Below are positions 40,344 through 49,171 of a stretch of DNA of 64,000 bases, one piece after another. Location: positions 25,941 to 89,940 of the forward strand of contig JAVJOM010000047.1 in NCBI GenBank assembly GCA_040216775.1, written 5' to 3'. The notes beneath the pieces are model-generated. The model made no database searches, was not told the DNA's origin, and saw nothing but the letters and a program-made list of their open reading frames with translations. Position 1 is the first letter of the stretch; each line of letters starts with the position of its first letter. This DNA is from Hyphomonas sp. (GTDB lineage Bacteria > Pseudomonadota > Alphaproteobacteria > Caulobacterales > Hyphomonadaceae). The position numbers and the translations under genes were made by a program.

Positions 40344-40523
40344 GATGCCGCGATTATACGCCGGGAACGGAGGGTGCGGGACAAGTTTCCGACGCACGCA
40401 ATGGGGACGGCAGGATGCGGGATGAGTTGGGGGAGAGGTGCCAGCTTGGCTATGAGATAGATGCGTCGGGGGCATTGGTGAGGCAGGCTACAATATTGCC
40501 TTCGATACCGTCGCTTCCGGAGC

Positions 40524-40610
40524 GCTCATGTTGAGCGAAGTCGAAGCACGGGCGTGGGCGGTGAGGATGTGCGCCGCCGCATTCATCCTTCGACTTCGCT
40601 CAGGATGAGC
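40524..40610. repeat. REP-like palindromic element (25-bp inverted arms)
   Basis: GCTCATGTTGAGCGAAGTCGAAGCA ... TCCTTCGACTTCGCTCAGGATGAGC; 22/25 complementary with a 37-nt spacer. Confidence 0.8.
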
Positions 40611-40662
40611 CTGTTCATGGGGCGGGCGTCTCGTAGGCCCAACCTGCCCTGCGGGCGCGGGG

Positions 40663-41514
40663 TTATTCCGCGGCGACGAGGGTGAACTCTTCTTTCCATT
40701 TGGCCATGACGTCGCGATTGTCATGGTCCCAGGGATGGAAGCCGGGTTTGAACCAGGAGAGCCAGACTTTCCAGCCCTTGCCAAACAGCGCGGGTCTTTT
40801 CCAGAGGAAGGCCTTCACGGCGCGCGTCGCGACTTTCGGATCGTAGCCATCGGCAACCAGCAGTTTTGCGGCGTACTGGGTGATGTTTTCCGTGAAATGC
40901 CGGGTGATGATGAGCATGGACAGGGAGCGCCGGAAATAGCGCGTGATCGCCGGCCAGTCGCTTGTGGCCTCCAGGAAGACATCATAGGCGACGGCCTTGT
41001 GCTCGGTCTCTTCCATGGCGTGCCAGCGCCACAGGCGCTCCAGCGCGGGGTCGGTCTTGCTGAAGAGGGGCACCCCGTCCACATCCAAGCCTATCATCAG
41101 GTCTGCCATCATTGCGGTGAAATGCTCCAGGCAAATGGTGGCCATCAGCATACGGAATCGCCCCCCGGATCGTCCGAGGGCGATATTTTCGTTGATGGCG
41201 GCCTCGATTTCGGCAACCGGGTATTTCGTACGGTCGATCTGGTTGTTCAGCAGGTGGTGTTCGCGCGAATGGATGGCTTCCTGCGTGATGAAGTCCTTCA
41301 CGTCCTGCGCCAGCTTGCTGCTGACCTCGCTGCGATAGGCTTTCACGGCGTCGATGAACAGGCGCTCGCCATCCGGGAAGGTGAGCGACATGGCGTTGAA
41401 CACGGCGGTTGCCACCATGTTGCCGTCGAGCCATGGGCCTGAGCCTGCCGCCATGTCGAAATGGAGATCGCGGGGCAGAATTGTTACATCGTCGGGTGTG
41501 CGCTTGGTCGTCAT
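40663..41514 (-). CDS. Predicted metal-dependent hydrolase (COG3687-like)
   Basis: SLTFPDGERLFI, QEAIHSREH, LEHFTA, WHAMEETEHKAVAYDV, KPGFHPW. Confidence 0.9.
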   Translation of the reverse strand: MTTKRTPDDVTILPRDLHFDMAAGSGPWLDGNMVATAVFNAMSLTFPDGERLFIDAVKAYRSEVSSKLAQDVKDFITQEAIHSREHHLLNNQIDRTKYPVAEIEAAINENIALGRSGGRFRMLMATICLEHFTAMMADLMIGLDVDGVPLFSKTDPALERLWRWHAMEETEHKAVAYDVFLEATSDWPAITRYFRRSLSMLIITRHFTENITQYAAKLLVADGYDPKVATRAVKAFLWKRPALFGKGWKVWLSWFKPGFHPWDHDNRDVMAKWKEEFTLVAAE

Positions 41515-41561
41515 CGTGTTTAATGCCTTTTAAGGGTGACCTGCTAGCTAGACTGAACAGA

Positions 41562-41593
41562 CAGATAGGCCTTACTGACAAAAATGTCAATAA
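41562..41593. promoter_or_regulatory. Putative TetR operator overlapping divergent promoters
   Basis: TTACTGACA-aaaa-TGTCAATAA palindrome (41572-41593) covers the tetR ATG and the minus-strand TTGACA-N17-TATCTG promoter of the hydrolase. Confidence 0.7.
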
Positions 41594-42186
41594 CCAAAAC
41601 CAACACGCCCCGCATTCGCCGTTCGCCGGAAGAGTCGCGTGGCAACATCCTGACGGCGGCGGAATCCTTGCTGGTGGAGCAGGGGCCGCAATCGCTGCGG
41701 CTGGCAGATGTGGCGAAGGCGGCGGGCGTGGCAAATGCCACGGTGTTGCACCATTTCGGCTCGATCGATGCGGTGCAGAAGGCGCTGATGGAGCGGATGA
41801 TCGGCGACCTGGTTGAGAGCATCATGGCCATTGAAGTGCCGGCGGATGCCCCGGCGGCAGCGCGGGCGGCAGGGCTGAAAACATTGTTCGACGCGTTCGA
41901 GACGCCGGGCGCGGCCCGGCTGGCGGCGTGGCTGGAGCTGACCGATGAGACCAGCCGCCTGACACTGGTGAGCGAGGCCGTGCAGGAAGTAGCGCAGAAG
42001 AAGATTTCCAATACCGGCGTACCGGTTGAGCTGGCCGAAGACCTTATCCTGCTCAGCGTGACGCTGGCCGTCGGCGTCGGCCTGTTCGGCCCGTCGCTCA
42101 GCACACTGATCGGAAAGCCGCCGGAGCGGGCACGCGAGCTGACGCTGCAGATGCTGCTGTCCTACTTGCAGAACCTGTCGACCTAG
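41584..42186 (+). CDS. TetR/AcrR family regulator
   Basis: RRSPEESRGNILTAA...LADVAKAAGVANATVLHHFGS helix-turn-helix. Confidence 0.92.
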   Translation: MSITKTNTPRIRRSPEESRGNILTAAESLLVEQGPQSLRLADVAKAAGVANATVLHHFGSIDAVQKALMERMIGDLVESIMAIEVPADAPAAARAAGLKTLFDAFETPGAARLAAWLELTDETSRLTLVSEAVQEVAQKKISNTGVPVELAEDLILLSVTLAVGVGLFGPSLSTLIGKPPERARELTLQMLLSYLQNLST

Positions 42187-42203
42187 GCTGCGAAGGCGGC
42201 CTC

Positions 42204-42292
42204 CTATTGCAGGGGTAGGTCCATGGCATATTCGAACATCGGCGTGCCCACTTCACTGAGGCCGACGCCGCAATTACCCGACGCGCTGAGGC
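42204..42292 (-). pseudogene. Remnant 3' end of a paralog of the 44861-45217 gene
   Basis: Translates as LSASGNCGVGLSEVGTPMFEYAMDLPLQ* versus LSASGNCGVGFNEVGSPMFEYAM[19 aa]NLPMR* in the intact gene. Confidence 0.85.
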
Positions 42293-42312
42293 GCGAGAGG
42301 TGAAGCGTTACA

Positions 42313-42987
42313 TCAGCCGCCGACGGTCAGCACGGCATAGACGGTCGCTGCGGCGGTGGCAGCGGCGGCGAGGATGCGCGGCCAGTGTGGGCGCGATGTG
42401 GCCGGAGGGGTGTCGAAGTCAGCCAGTGGGCGGTGGCCGGTGAGCATGGGCCGGACAAGATTGTCCCGGAACAGGATCAGGTAAGCCGCGATGGCGATGA
42501 CGTGCAGGGCGATGAGCGCGAGCAGGACCTTGAAGCTGGTCTCGTGGATTTCGGCGAGCAGGCGGCCCGTCTCGAACGAGACCTTGCTGGCGAGCGGGCC
42601 GGATTCGAGACCGTCGACATCCACGGCGAACAGGCCGGTTGCGACCTGAGTGACAAGGGCGAGGATCATCGCGAAAACGCTGAGCGAGCCGATGGGGTTG
42701 TGCCCGAAATGGGGGCGGTGACGGCGGGCCGCGAGATCACGCACGTAGGACACGATCGCGCCGGGGCGGGCGAGCATGCGGGTGAACCGGGCCGTGCCCG
42801 GGCCGATCAGGCCCCAGACGAGGCGGTAGACGATGAGGCCCAGCAGGGCGAGGCCGATGCGCCTGTGCCAGTCCATCATGTGCTGCTCGGCCGTCCACCA
42901 CATGGCCGCCACGCCGAGGACGAGCAGCCAGTGGAAGAGGCGGACGGTCCAGTCCCAGACGAGGACGCGTGCGTTGGGTGCCGACAC
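42313..42987 (-). CDS. Cytochrome b/b6-domain (CybH/b561-like) membrane protein
   Basis: VWDWTVRLFHW, WHRRIG, GHNPIG, IHE...LHV heme-ligand His residues; GTG start. Confidence 0.9.
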   Translation of the reverse strand: MSAPNARVLVWDWTVRLFHWLLVLGVAAMWWTAEQHMMDWHRRIGLALLGLIVYRLVWGLIGPGTARFTRMLARPGAIVSYVRDLAARRHRPHFGHNPIGSLSVFAMILALVTQVATGLFAVDVDGLESGPLASKVSFETGRLLAEIHETSFKVLLALIALHVIAIAAYLILFRDNLVRPMLTGHRPLADFDTPPATSRPHWPRILAAAATAAATVYAVLTVGG

Positions 42988-42992
42988 GGGCG

Positions 42993-43514
42993 CTAGTCGT
43001 CTGCGCGATAGGTCTGGTGGCAGGCTTTGCAAGTGGCGCCGGTGGCCTTGAAGGCCTCGGTGATGGCGGCGATGTCGCCGCCCTGTGCGGCCGTATCGAG
43101 CGTGGCGGCGGCGGCCTTGAAGTCAGCCATTTTGGAGTCGAAATCGGCCTTTGATTCCCAGATCACGGGCAGGGCATCTGTCTTCACGCCGGAGGCCGGG
43201 CCGGACCCTTCTGGGAACCAGTCGGCCATGGTTGCCGTTTCGGCGGGCACGCTGGCGGCGGCGGCCTGAATGGCGGCCATGTCGGGTTCGCTTTCCTTGA
43301 GGCCGTCGCTGATCGTCTTGAAGGCCTTTCCGACGGCCTTGAGATGGGTCTGGCGCGCGTCGATGGTTTCAGCGGCGGTCATGCCATTGGAGAGCGGCAG
43401 GGCGGCGGTTTCAGCATCAATGGTCGCCGCAGGCGCGTCGCCAGATCCGCAGGCGGCGAGAAGGGCGACACCGGCAAAGGCAGCGAGGGCGAAGGAAGTC
43501 TGGCGAATCGTCAT
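42993..43514 (-). CDS. Cytochrome c' (class II) with lipoprotein signal
   Basis: C-terminal CKACHQTYR; FPEGS...TDALPVIW; LLAAC lipobox. Confidence 0.9.
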   Translation of the reverse strand: MTIRQTSFALAAFAGVALLAACGSGDAPAATIDAETAALPLSNGMTAAETIDARQTHLKAVGKAFKTISDGLKESEPDMAAIQAAAASVPAETATMADWFPEGSGPASGVKTDALPVIWESKADFDSKMADFKAAAATLDTAAQGGDIAAITEAFKATGATCKACHQTYRADD

Positions 43515-43731
43515 GAGGCTCTCCGTGCTTATGATGGCCCTATTGGTACGAAATCGATGTGACGGGCGCAATCTCGGACGGAAAATGGGGTCGGCGGTTG
43601 GCTCAAGCGCCTGTTGGACAGGCAGGCCAGCGCAGTGCCTGTGCAGGATGCGCGCGGCAAAGACGGCGCGTATTTTACTCATCACCTGATTTGTGTTCTG
43701 AATAGTATATAAAAAGAATCAGGGAGGCGGC

Positions 43732-44277
43732 ATGAAGAAACGATTGCCGATCATGCTTGTTCTGGGCGGCGTCGCGATTGCGGTGATCGTCGGCATCGGG
43801 ATCAAGATGACCACTACCAGGTCCGATGCTGAGATTATCCGGGACAGCATTCACGAACAGCGCGCGCTGGATGCGCGGCAGGCGGATGATGCCGCCGCGC
43901 TGATGGCGACGATATTGCCGGTGCCGGAATCGTGTGCGGGCCTGTCGACGCGGTTTGTGTTTCGCATCTGTGATGGTGAGCCGAATGCCGGAAATCCGTG
44001 GCCCGACTGGACGAGCGTCACCGCGCCGGAAGAGCGCGCATGCATTCTGGGCGCGTTCCACCAGACCAATGCCCACGCGCACAGGATACAGGGAAGCCGC
44101 TATGACATGGCCGAGCCGGACAATGAGCGCGTATCAGCCTTTGTGTCAGGCCTGTGCGCCGCCGTGCTGTGGGCGGATGATATGACATGGGGTGATGACA
44201 AGCCGCTGGGCGAGTTGATTGAAGCCTATTATGCGGACCGCGCGGAATCCATGATCGCGCCGAAGCGGGCTTATTGA
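43732..44277 (+). CDS. Hypothetical protein with N-terminal anchor and 4 Cys
   Basis: GGGAGG RBS; hydrophobic N-terminus; no recognised domain. Confidence 0.7.
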   Translation: MKKRLPIMLVLGGVAIAVIVGIGIKMTTTRSDAEIIRDSIHEQRALDARQADDAAALMATILPVPESCAGLSTRFVFRICDGEPNAGNPWPDWTSVTAPEERACILGAFHQTNAHAHRIQGSRYDMAEPDNERVSAFVSGLCAAVLWADDMTWGDDKPLGELIEAYYADRAESMIAPKRAY

Positions 44278-44356
44278 GCGTGGGGGCTGGTCCGATTCCG
44301 ACTTGCGCTGTGGCGGAGCGCGTTCATAATTGGCGGCTTAAAATGGAGGGGACGCC

Positions 44357-44845
44357 ATGTTGTTACGCATAATAAAAATCCTGTTGATCCTGAGCATTGC
44401 CGCGTGGGCGCTGGTTGGTGCCTTGGGCAATCTTGTCGACTGGGCCGGCACGATGGGCGCGGTGGAAGCGGCGACATCGATGTCGACCTTCGACCCAGGA
44501 CCGACCAGCGGCCGGGCGACGACGAACGGGGCGGTGATCCTGCTGGGGGCGTTGTTCATTGTGCTGTTGAAGGTCACCACCGGGGCGCTGTGCCTGTTCG
44601 GTGCATGGCAGATGTGGGGCGCACGGGGCGGTGATGGGGTGGACTTTGCCAAGGCGAAGTCCCTGGCGCTGGCAGGTTGCGGCGTTGCCCTGTTCATGCT
44701 GTTCGCCGGATGGATCGTGATCGCGGAAACCTGGTTCGAGATGTGGCGGTCACCGGCGATGATCGACCTCGCGCTCAACTCGGCCTTTCGTTATGCTGGC
44801 ATGATCGGCGTGATGGCGCTGTTCGTGGGTGCGCGCGAAGAATAG
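44357..44845 (+). CDS. DUF2165 family membrane protein
   Basis: GNLVDW...SM, GWIVIAETWFEMWRS, SAFRY. Confidence 0.82.
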   Translation: MLLRIIKILLILSIAAWALVGALGNLVDWAGTMGAVEAATSMSTFDPGPTSGRATTNGAVILLGALFIVLLKVTTGALCLFGAWQMWGARGGDGVDFAKAKSLALAGCGVALFMLFAGWIVIAETWFEMWRSPAMIDLALNSAFRYAGMIGVMALFVGAREE

Positions 44846-44860
44846 GCCACGCGGCGCGGG

Positions 44861-45217
44861 CTATCGCATCGGCAGATTCATGGCCTCCAGCGAGCGCTCC
44901 AGGACGACCGTGCCGAGATGCTCGCCATAGAGGCGCATGGCGTATTCGAACATGGGCGAGCCGACCTCGTTGAAGCCTACGCCGCAATTGCCGGACGCGC
45001 TGAGGCCGGCGGTCAGCATCAGCGAACCGAGCACGCCGCTGGCCTCCTGCTTCTTCTCCTGCAGGGCCAGCAGCATCAGCTGTTTCATCTGCGCGATATC
45101 GGCCTCTGTCGCGTTGGCGACCATGCAGGCGGCGACCTGTTCGGACCGGTCTTCGGCGAGGGCCGGGGCAGCGGTGAGGCAGGCGGCCACAAGGCCAAGG
45201 CAAAGCGTGCGGATCAT
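44861..45217 (-). CDS. Secreted hypothetical protein
   Basis: AGGAG RBS; signal peptide ending APALA; two Cys in the mature part. Confidence 0.75.
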   Translation of the reverse strand: MIRTLCLGLVAACLTAAPALAEDRSEQVAACMVANATEADIAQMKQLMLLALQEKKQEASGVLGSLMLTAGLSASGNCGVGFNEVGSPMFEYAMRLYGEHLGTVVLERSLEAMNLPMR

Positions 45218-45437
45218 GAGAGGACTCCTGAATTTGACCGCCGAGGGATAGGGGCGGATCGTGGCAGGAATGGGGTGGCGCTGTGCGGGGGAGGTTACGG
45301 TTGCGTTAGGGGGGGGCTCGTTGAGGAATTTTGCTTAGAGTTGCAGCCCGGCCAATGGACGATTTTGGCTTTCAAAAAGTTATTTCCTCGCCCACTCATG
45401 GTTTAACCCACACGTTGTGAACCGAAGGACTAATCTA

Positions 45438-46310
45438 ATGGCGCCACCATAAAGACCGTCTGAGCCTCAACGTGCTGAGCTGACATCATATGAGTTGCGG
45501 CGTGGTATCCAACGGTTGAACAAAGTCGTCGAGGCGATGGAATCCATAGAATTCGGATCGATCACTCAGTGTTATCCACCCAATATCGAGTCGCTACAAA
45601 AGCGAATTGACGACGCCTTCGAGAAGACATTCGGCCGTAATTCAACGCAATACTATCGTTACAGCTTCGATGCCGTTGGCTTCACATCTGGTGTGATTAT
45701 GGGCGGATTTTCTGAGCCAACCGTGAGTGAGCATGTGCAGGAACTAAGAGCGAATCTTCCAGGATGCATAGAAACCGTGAGGGAAGCAGTGCGTTCGCTA
45801 GAGGAGGAGTTGGAGGAGCAAGGCGATACCCAAGAAGTCCTCGCTGTACAGGTCACTCATAAGCTGCCGTCAAAAAAGATATTCATTGTTCATGGCCATG
45901 ACAACGAAGCGAAACAGACCGTCGCTCGTTTCGTTACCGACATTGATTACAAGCCAATCATCCTTCACGAGCAAGCAAGCGGCGGGCGGACTGTCATCGA
46001 AAAAATCGAGGCTAATCGCGACGTCGATTTTGCGATTGTGCTACTTACGCCAGACGACCATGGCGGTAAGTTAGGGGAAGCTGTTCAACCGCGAGCCCGT
46101 CAGAACGTGATTTTTGAACTAGGCTATTTTATAGGTTTCTTGGGGCGGCCCAAGGTTTTTGCCCTTACCAGAGGCACAGTAGAAGTGCCCTCCGACTTCA
46201 CTGGCGTAGTATATCATGTACTTGACTTTGCTGGAGGTTGGAAACTCGAACTGGCAAAAGAAATGCTGAATGCGAGCTTACAAGTCGACTGGAATAAGGT
46301 GATGAAGTGA
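45438..46310 (+). pseudogene. TIR-like domain protein (PF10137/Cap12-Pycsar TIR type) with an in-frame TAA at codon 5; ORF 45495-46310 is intact
   Basis: KIFIVHGHD, IILHEQ, FAIVLLTPDD, RARQNVIFELGYF; GAAGGA RBS plus ATG 45438 in frame, but TAA at 45450-45452; AT-richer than its flanks. Confidence 0.75.
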
Positions 46311-46385
46311 TACTGTCGCTATCATGAGGAAATCGAACATATCAAAATACGTGTGAGTTTTCGTTCCCAACTTGGTTTGATCAAT

Positions 46386-47381
46386 TCACCCCAACTTCTC
46401 CGCTGCATCTTCCGCGAAGTACGTGATGATGCCGCTGGCGCCTGCGCGTTTGAAGCACATTAGTGACTCCATCATGACGCGGTCGCCGTCGATCCAGCCG
46501 TTCATGGTGGCGGCCTTGATCTGGGCGTATTCGCCTGAGACCTGGTAGGCGAGGGTGGGGACGCCGAATGTGGTGGCGACGCGGTGGACAATGTCCAGAT
46601 ACGGAAGACCCGGTTTGACCATGACCATGTCGGCGCCCTCGGCGAGATCGAGCGCAACCTCGCGCAGGGCTTCCTCGCTGTTGGCGGGGTCCTGCTGGTA
46701 GGTTTTCTTGTCGCCCTTGAGGGATTTGGCCGAGCCGATGGCGTCGCGATAGGGGCCGTAGAAGCCGCTCGCATATTTGGCGGCATAGGCGAGGATCATC
46801 ATGTTGGTGAAGCCCTCGTCGTCGAAGGCCTGGCGGATGGCGCCGATGCGGCCATCCATCATGTCTGAGGGGGCGATGATGTCGGCGCCGGCGGCAGCAT
46901 GGGCGAGGGCCTGAATGCAGAGCTTTTCGACGGTGGCATCATTCGGGATGGTGCCGTCGGCATCGAGCAGGCCGTCATGGCCGTGGGTGGTGTAGGCATC
47001 GAGGGCGACATCGGTGATGAGGCCGATCTCGGGGGCGGCATCCTTCATGGCGCGCAGGGCGCGGGGGACGAGGCCGTCAGGGTCCAGCGCGCCGGAGCCT
47101 GTCTCGTCTTTCCCCTCGGGGCCGATATAGGGGAAGATGGCGATGGCGGGGATGCCGAGCTCGCTGGCGCGCTTGGCGGCAAGGGCGGCTTCCTTGACTG
47201 AGAGCCGGTCGATGCCCGGCAGGCTGCCGACGGGCACGCGGCTTTCGCCGTCATGCACGAAAATGGCCCAGACGAGATCGGCGGGCGTCAGCGTGTTTTC
47301 GGCGACCAGGCTGCGGATCCAGGGGGACTGGCGCAAGCGGCGCATGCGGGTGGTGGGGAAGGATTGGGGAAACTGGGTCAT
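46386..47381 (-). CDS. hemB: Porphobilinogen synthase (delta-aminolevulinic acid dehydratase)
   Basis: DVALDAYTTHGHDG (no Cys, Zn-independent type), APSDMMDGR, MVKPG, YQVSGEY. Confidence 0.96.
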   Translation of the reverse strand: MTQFPQSFPTTRMRRLRQSPWIRSLVAENTLTPADLVWAIFVHDGESRVPVGSLPGIDRLSVKEAALAAKRASELGIPAIAIFPYIGPEGKDETGSGALDPDGLVPRALRAMKDAAPEIGLITDVALDAYTTHGHDGLLDADGTIPNDATVEKLCIQALAHAAAGADIIAPSDMMDGRIGAIRQAFDDEGFTNMMILAYAAKYASGFYGPYRDAIGSAKSLKGDKKTYQQDPANSEEALREVALDLAEGADMVMVKPGLPYLDIVHRVATTFGVPTLAYQVSGEYAQIKAATMNGWIDGDRVMMESLMCFKRAGASGIITYFAEDAAEKLG

Positions 47382-47411
47382 GCGCGAATAGATGCGGCAG
47401 ATCGAGGCGAT

Positions 47412-47948
47412 CTACAACCAGCCAATGCGCCGCATCATGAAGCAGCGCTTGGATATATCGAGGCTGGTGGCCTGGACTTTTTCAAGGTCGCGCATCCAGT
47501 CGGCGATCTTTGCCTGCGGAATTTCGCGGAAACCGAGGGTGCGATAATAGGGGCCGTTCCAGGCGATATCGCGGAAGGTGGACAGGGTGATGCAGCGCAA
47601 TTTGCGCTCGCGGGCCTCTTCCACCAGACGGGCGATGAGCGCGCGGCCAAGCCCCTTGCGGCCATGACCGGGATCGACGCTGATCTGGTCGAGATACAGT
47701 GTGCCGCCGCGCTGGGACGTGAGGGCAAAACCGACGGGCCGACCCTTGGGGTCGCGGGCGACAATCAGGTCATTCTCTTCGAGGGCGTGTTCGAAGACTT
47801 CTTCGGGAACATGGTCGGCGAGGGCATCGTCAGACAGCAGGCCGGTTTCGGCAAACAGCGCCCCGGCAGCCAGATCAATCGCGATCAGTGCCGGAATTTC
47901 ATCCGCGGCAGACCGTGTGATCGAGTAGTCTTCGGGCAGGGTTTGCAT
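47412..47948 (-). CDS. GNAT family acetyltransferase
   Basis: VDPGHGRKGLGRAL and LSTFRDIAWNGPYYRTLGF. Confidence 0.9.
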   Translation of the reverse strand: MQTLPEDYSITRSAADEIPALIAIDLAAGALFAETGLLSDDALADHVPEEVFEHALEENDLIVARDPKGRPVGFALTSQRGGTLYLDQISVDPGHGRKGLGRALIARLVEEARERKLRCITLSTFRDIAWNGPYYRTLGFREIPQAKIADWMRDLEKVQATSLDISKRCFMMRRIGWL

Positions 47949-48010
47949 TGACTCTCGCAACGGCAGTTTGTCATTGCTGGCATTTGTAATCAGTCAGGGA
48001 CGAAAAGCCA

Positions 48011-49150
48011 ATGAGCGCGATGTTTACCGATGAGCAGGTCATGATCCGCGACATGGCGCAGAAATTCGCGAAAGACCGGCTTTTGCCCTATTCGGAGGCC
48101 TGGGACCGGGACAGCCATTTCCCCGTCGATGTGATCAAGGCGGCGGCCGAGCTTGGCTTTGCGGGCATCTATGTGAAGGACGATGTCGGCGGGTCGGGCC
48201 TGACGCGGACGGACGCGGCGCTGATTTTCGAGCAATTGTCTTATGGCGACGTGTCGACGGCGGCATTCATCTCGATCCACAACATGGCCAGCTGGATGAT
48301 CGATACGTTCGGGTCTGATTTGCAGCGCCAGGAATGGGTGCCGCGCCTGACCACCATGGACCTGATCGCGAGTTATTGCCTGACCGAGCCGGGCGCGGGA
48401 TCGGATGCGGCGAGCCTGAAGACGCGGGCCGTGAAGGACGGCGATGATTACGTCATCACCGGCACGAAGCAGTTCATATCAGGCGCGGGTGTATCGGACG
48501 TGTACGTATTGATGGCGCGCACATCGGACGATGGCGCAAAGGGCGTTTCTGCGTTCATCATCGAGAAGGATACGCCGGGTCTCGGCTTTGGTGCGAACGA
48601 GCGCAAGATGGGCTGGAAGAGCCAGCCGACAGCGCAGGTGATACTTGACGGTGTGCGCGTGCCTGCGGCGAACCGGATCGGCGAGGAAGGCCACGGTTTC
48701 AAGTTTGCCATGGCGGGGCTGGATGGCGGGCGGCTGAACATTGCGGCGTGCGCGCTGGGCGGGGCGCAACTGGCGCTGGACAAGGCGGTTGAATACGCCA
48801 AGGAGCGGATGCAGTTCGGCAAGGCGTTGGCGGAGTTCCAGTCGATGCAGTTCAAGCTTGCCGACATGGAGACCGAGCTGCAGGCGGCGCGCGTGATGCT
48901 GTATGAGGCCGCCGGGCGGCTGGACGGCAAGGCACCGGACGCGACCCGCTGGTGCGCGATGGCGAAGCGGTTTGTCACCGACACGGCGTTCAAGGTGGCC
49001 AATGACGCGCTGCAGGTACATGGCGGCTATGGCTATCTGGCCGACTATGGCGTGGAGCGCATCGTGCGCGACCTGCGCGTGCACCAGATATTGGAAGGCA
49101 CCAACGAGATCATGCGCGTGATCATCTCGCGGGACATGTTGAAGGGCTGA
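48011..49150 (+). CDS. Acyl-CoA dehydrogenase (isobutyryl-CoA DH/ACAD8-like)
   Basis: AAFISIHNM, YCLTEPGAGSDA, GLDGGRLNIA, HGGYGY, RVHQILEGTNEIMR. Confidence 0.9.
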   Translation: MSAMFTDEQVMIRDMAQKFAKDRLLPYSEAWDRDSHFPVDVIKAAAELGFAGIYVKDDVGGSGLTRTDAALIFEQLSYGDVSTAAFISIHNMASWMIDTFGSDLQRQEWVPRLTTMDLIASYCLTEPGAGSDAASLKTRAVKDGDDYVITGTKQFISGAGVSDVYVLMARTSDDGAKGVSAFIIEKDTPGLGFGANERKMGWKSQPTAQVILDGVRVPAANRIGEEGHGFKFAMAGLDGGRLNIAACALGGAQLALDKAVEYAKERMQFGKALAEFQSMQFKLADMETELQAARVMLYEAAGRLDGKAPDATRWCAMAKRFVTDTAFKVANDALQVHGGYGYLADYGVERIVRDLRVHQILEGTNEIMRVIISRDMLKG

Positions 49151-49171
49151 CGGCGAATAACTGAGCCTGAT

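Noticed and set aside
43690-43725. LexA box upstream of the 43732 gene
   Set aside because: Only a poor match to GTTC-N7-GTTC; it is simply an AT-rich promoter.
45218-45437. Displaced original hemB 3' end (att duplication) left of the TIR gene
   Set aside because: I found no convincing nucleotide or peptide match.
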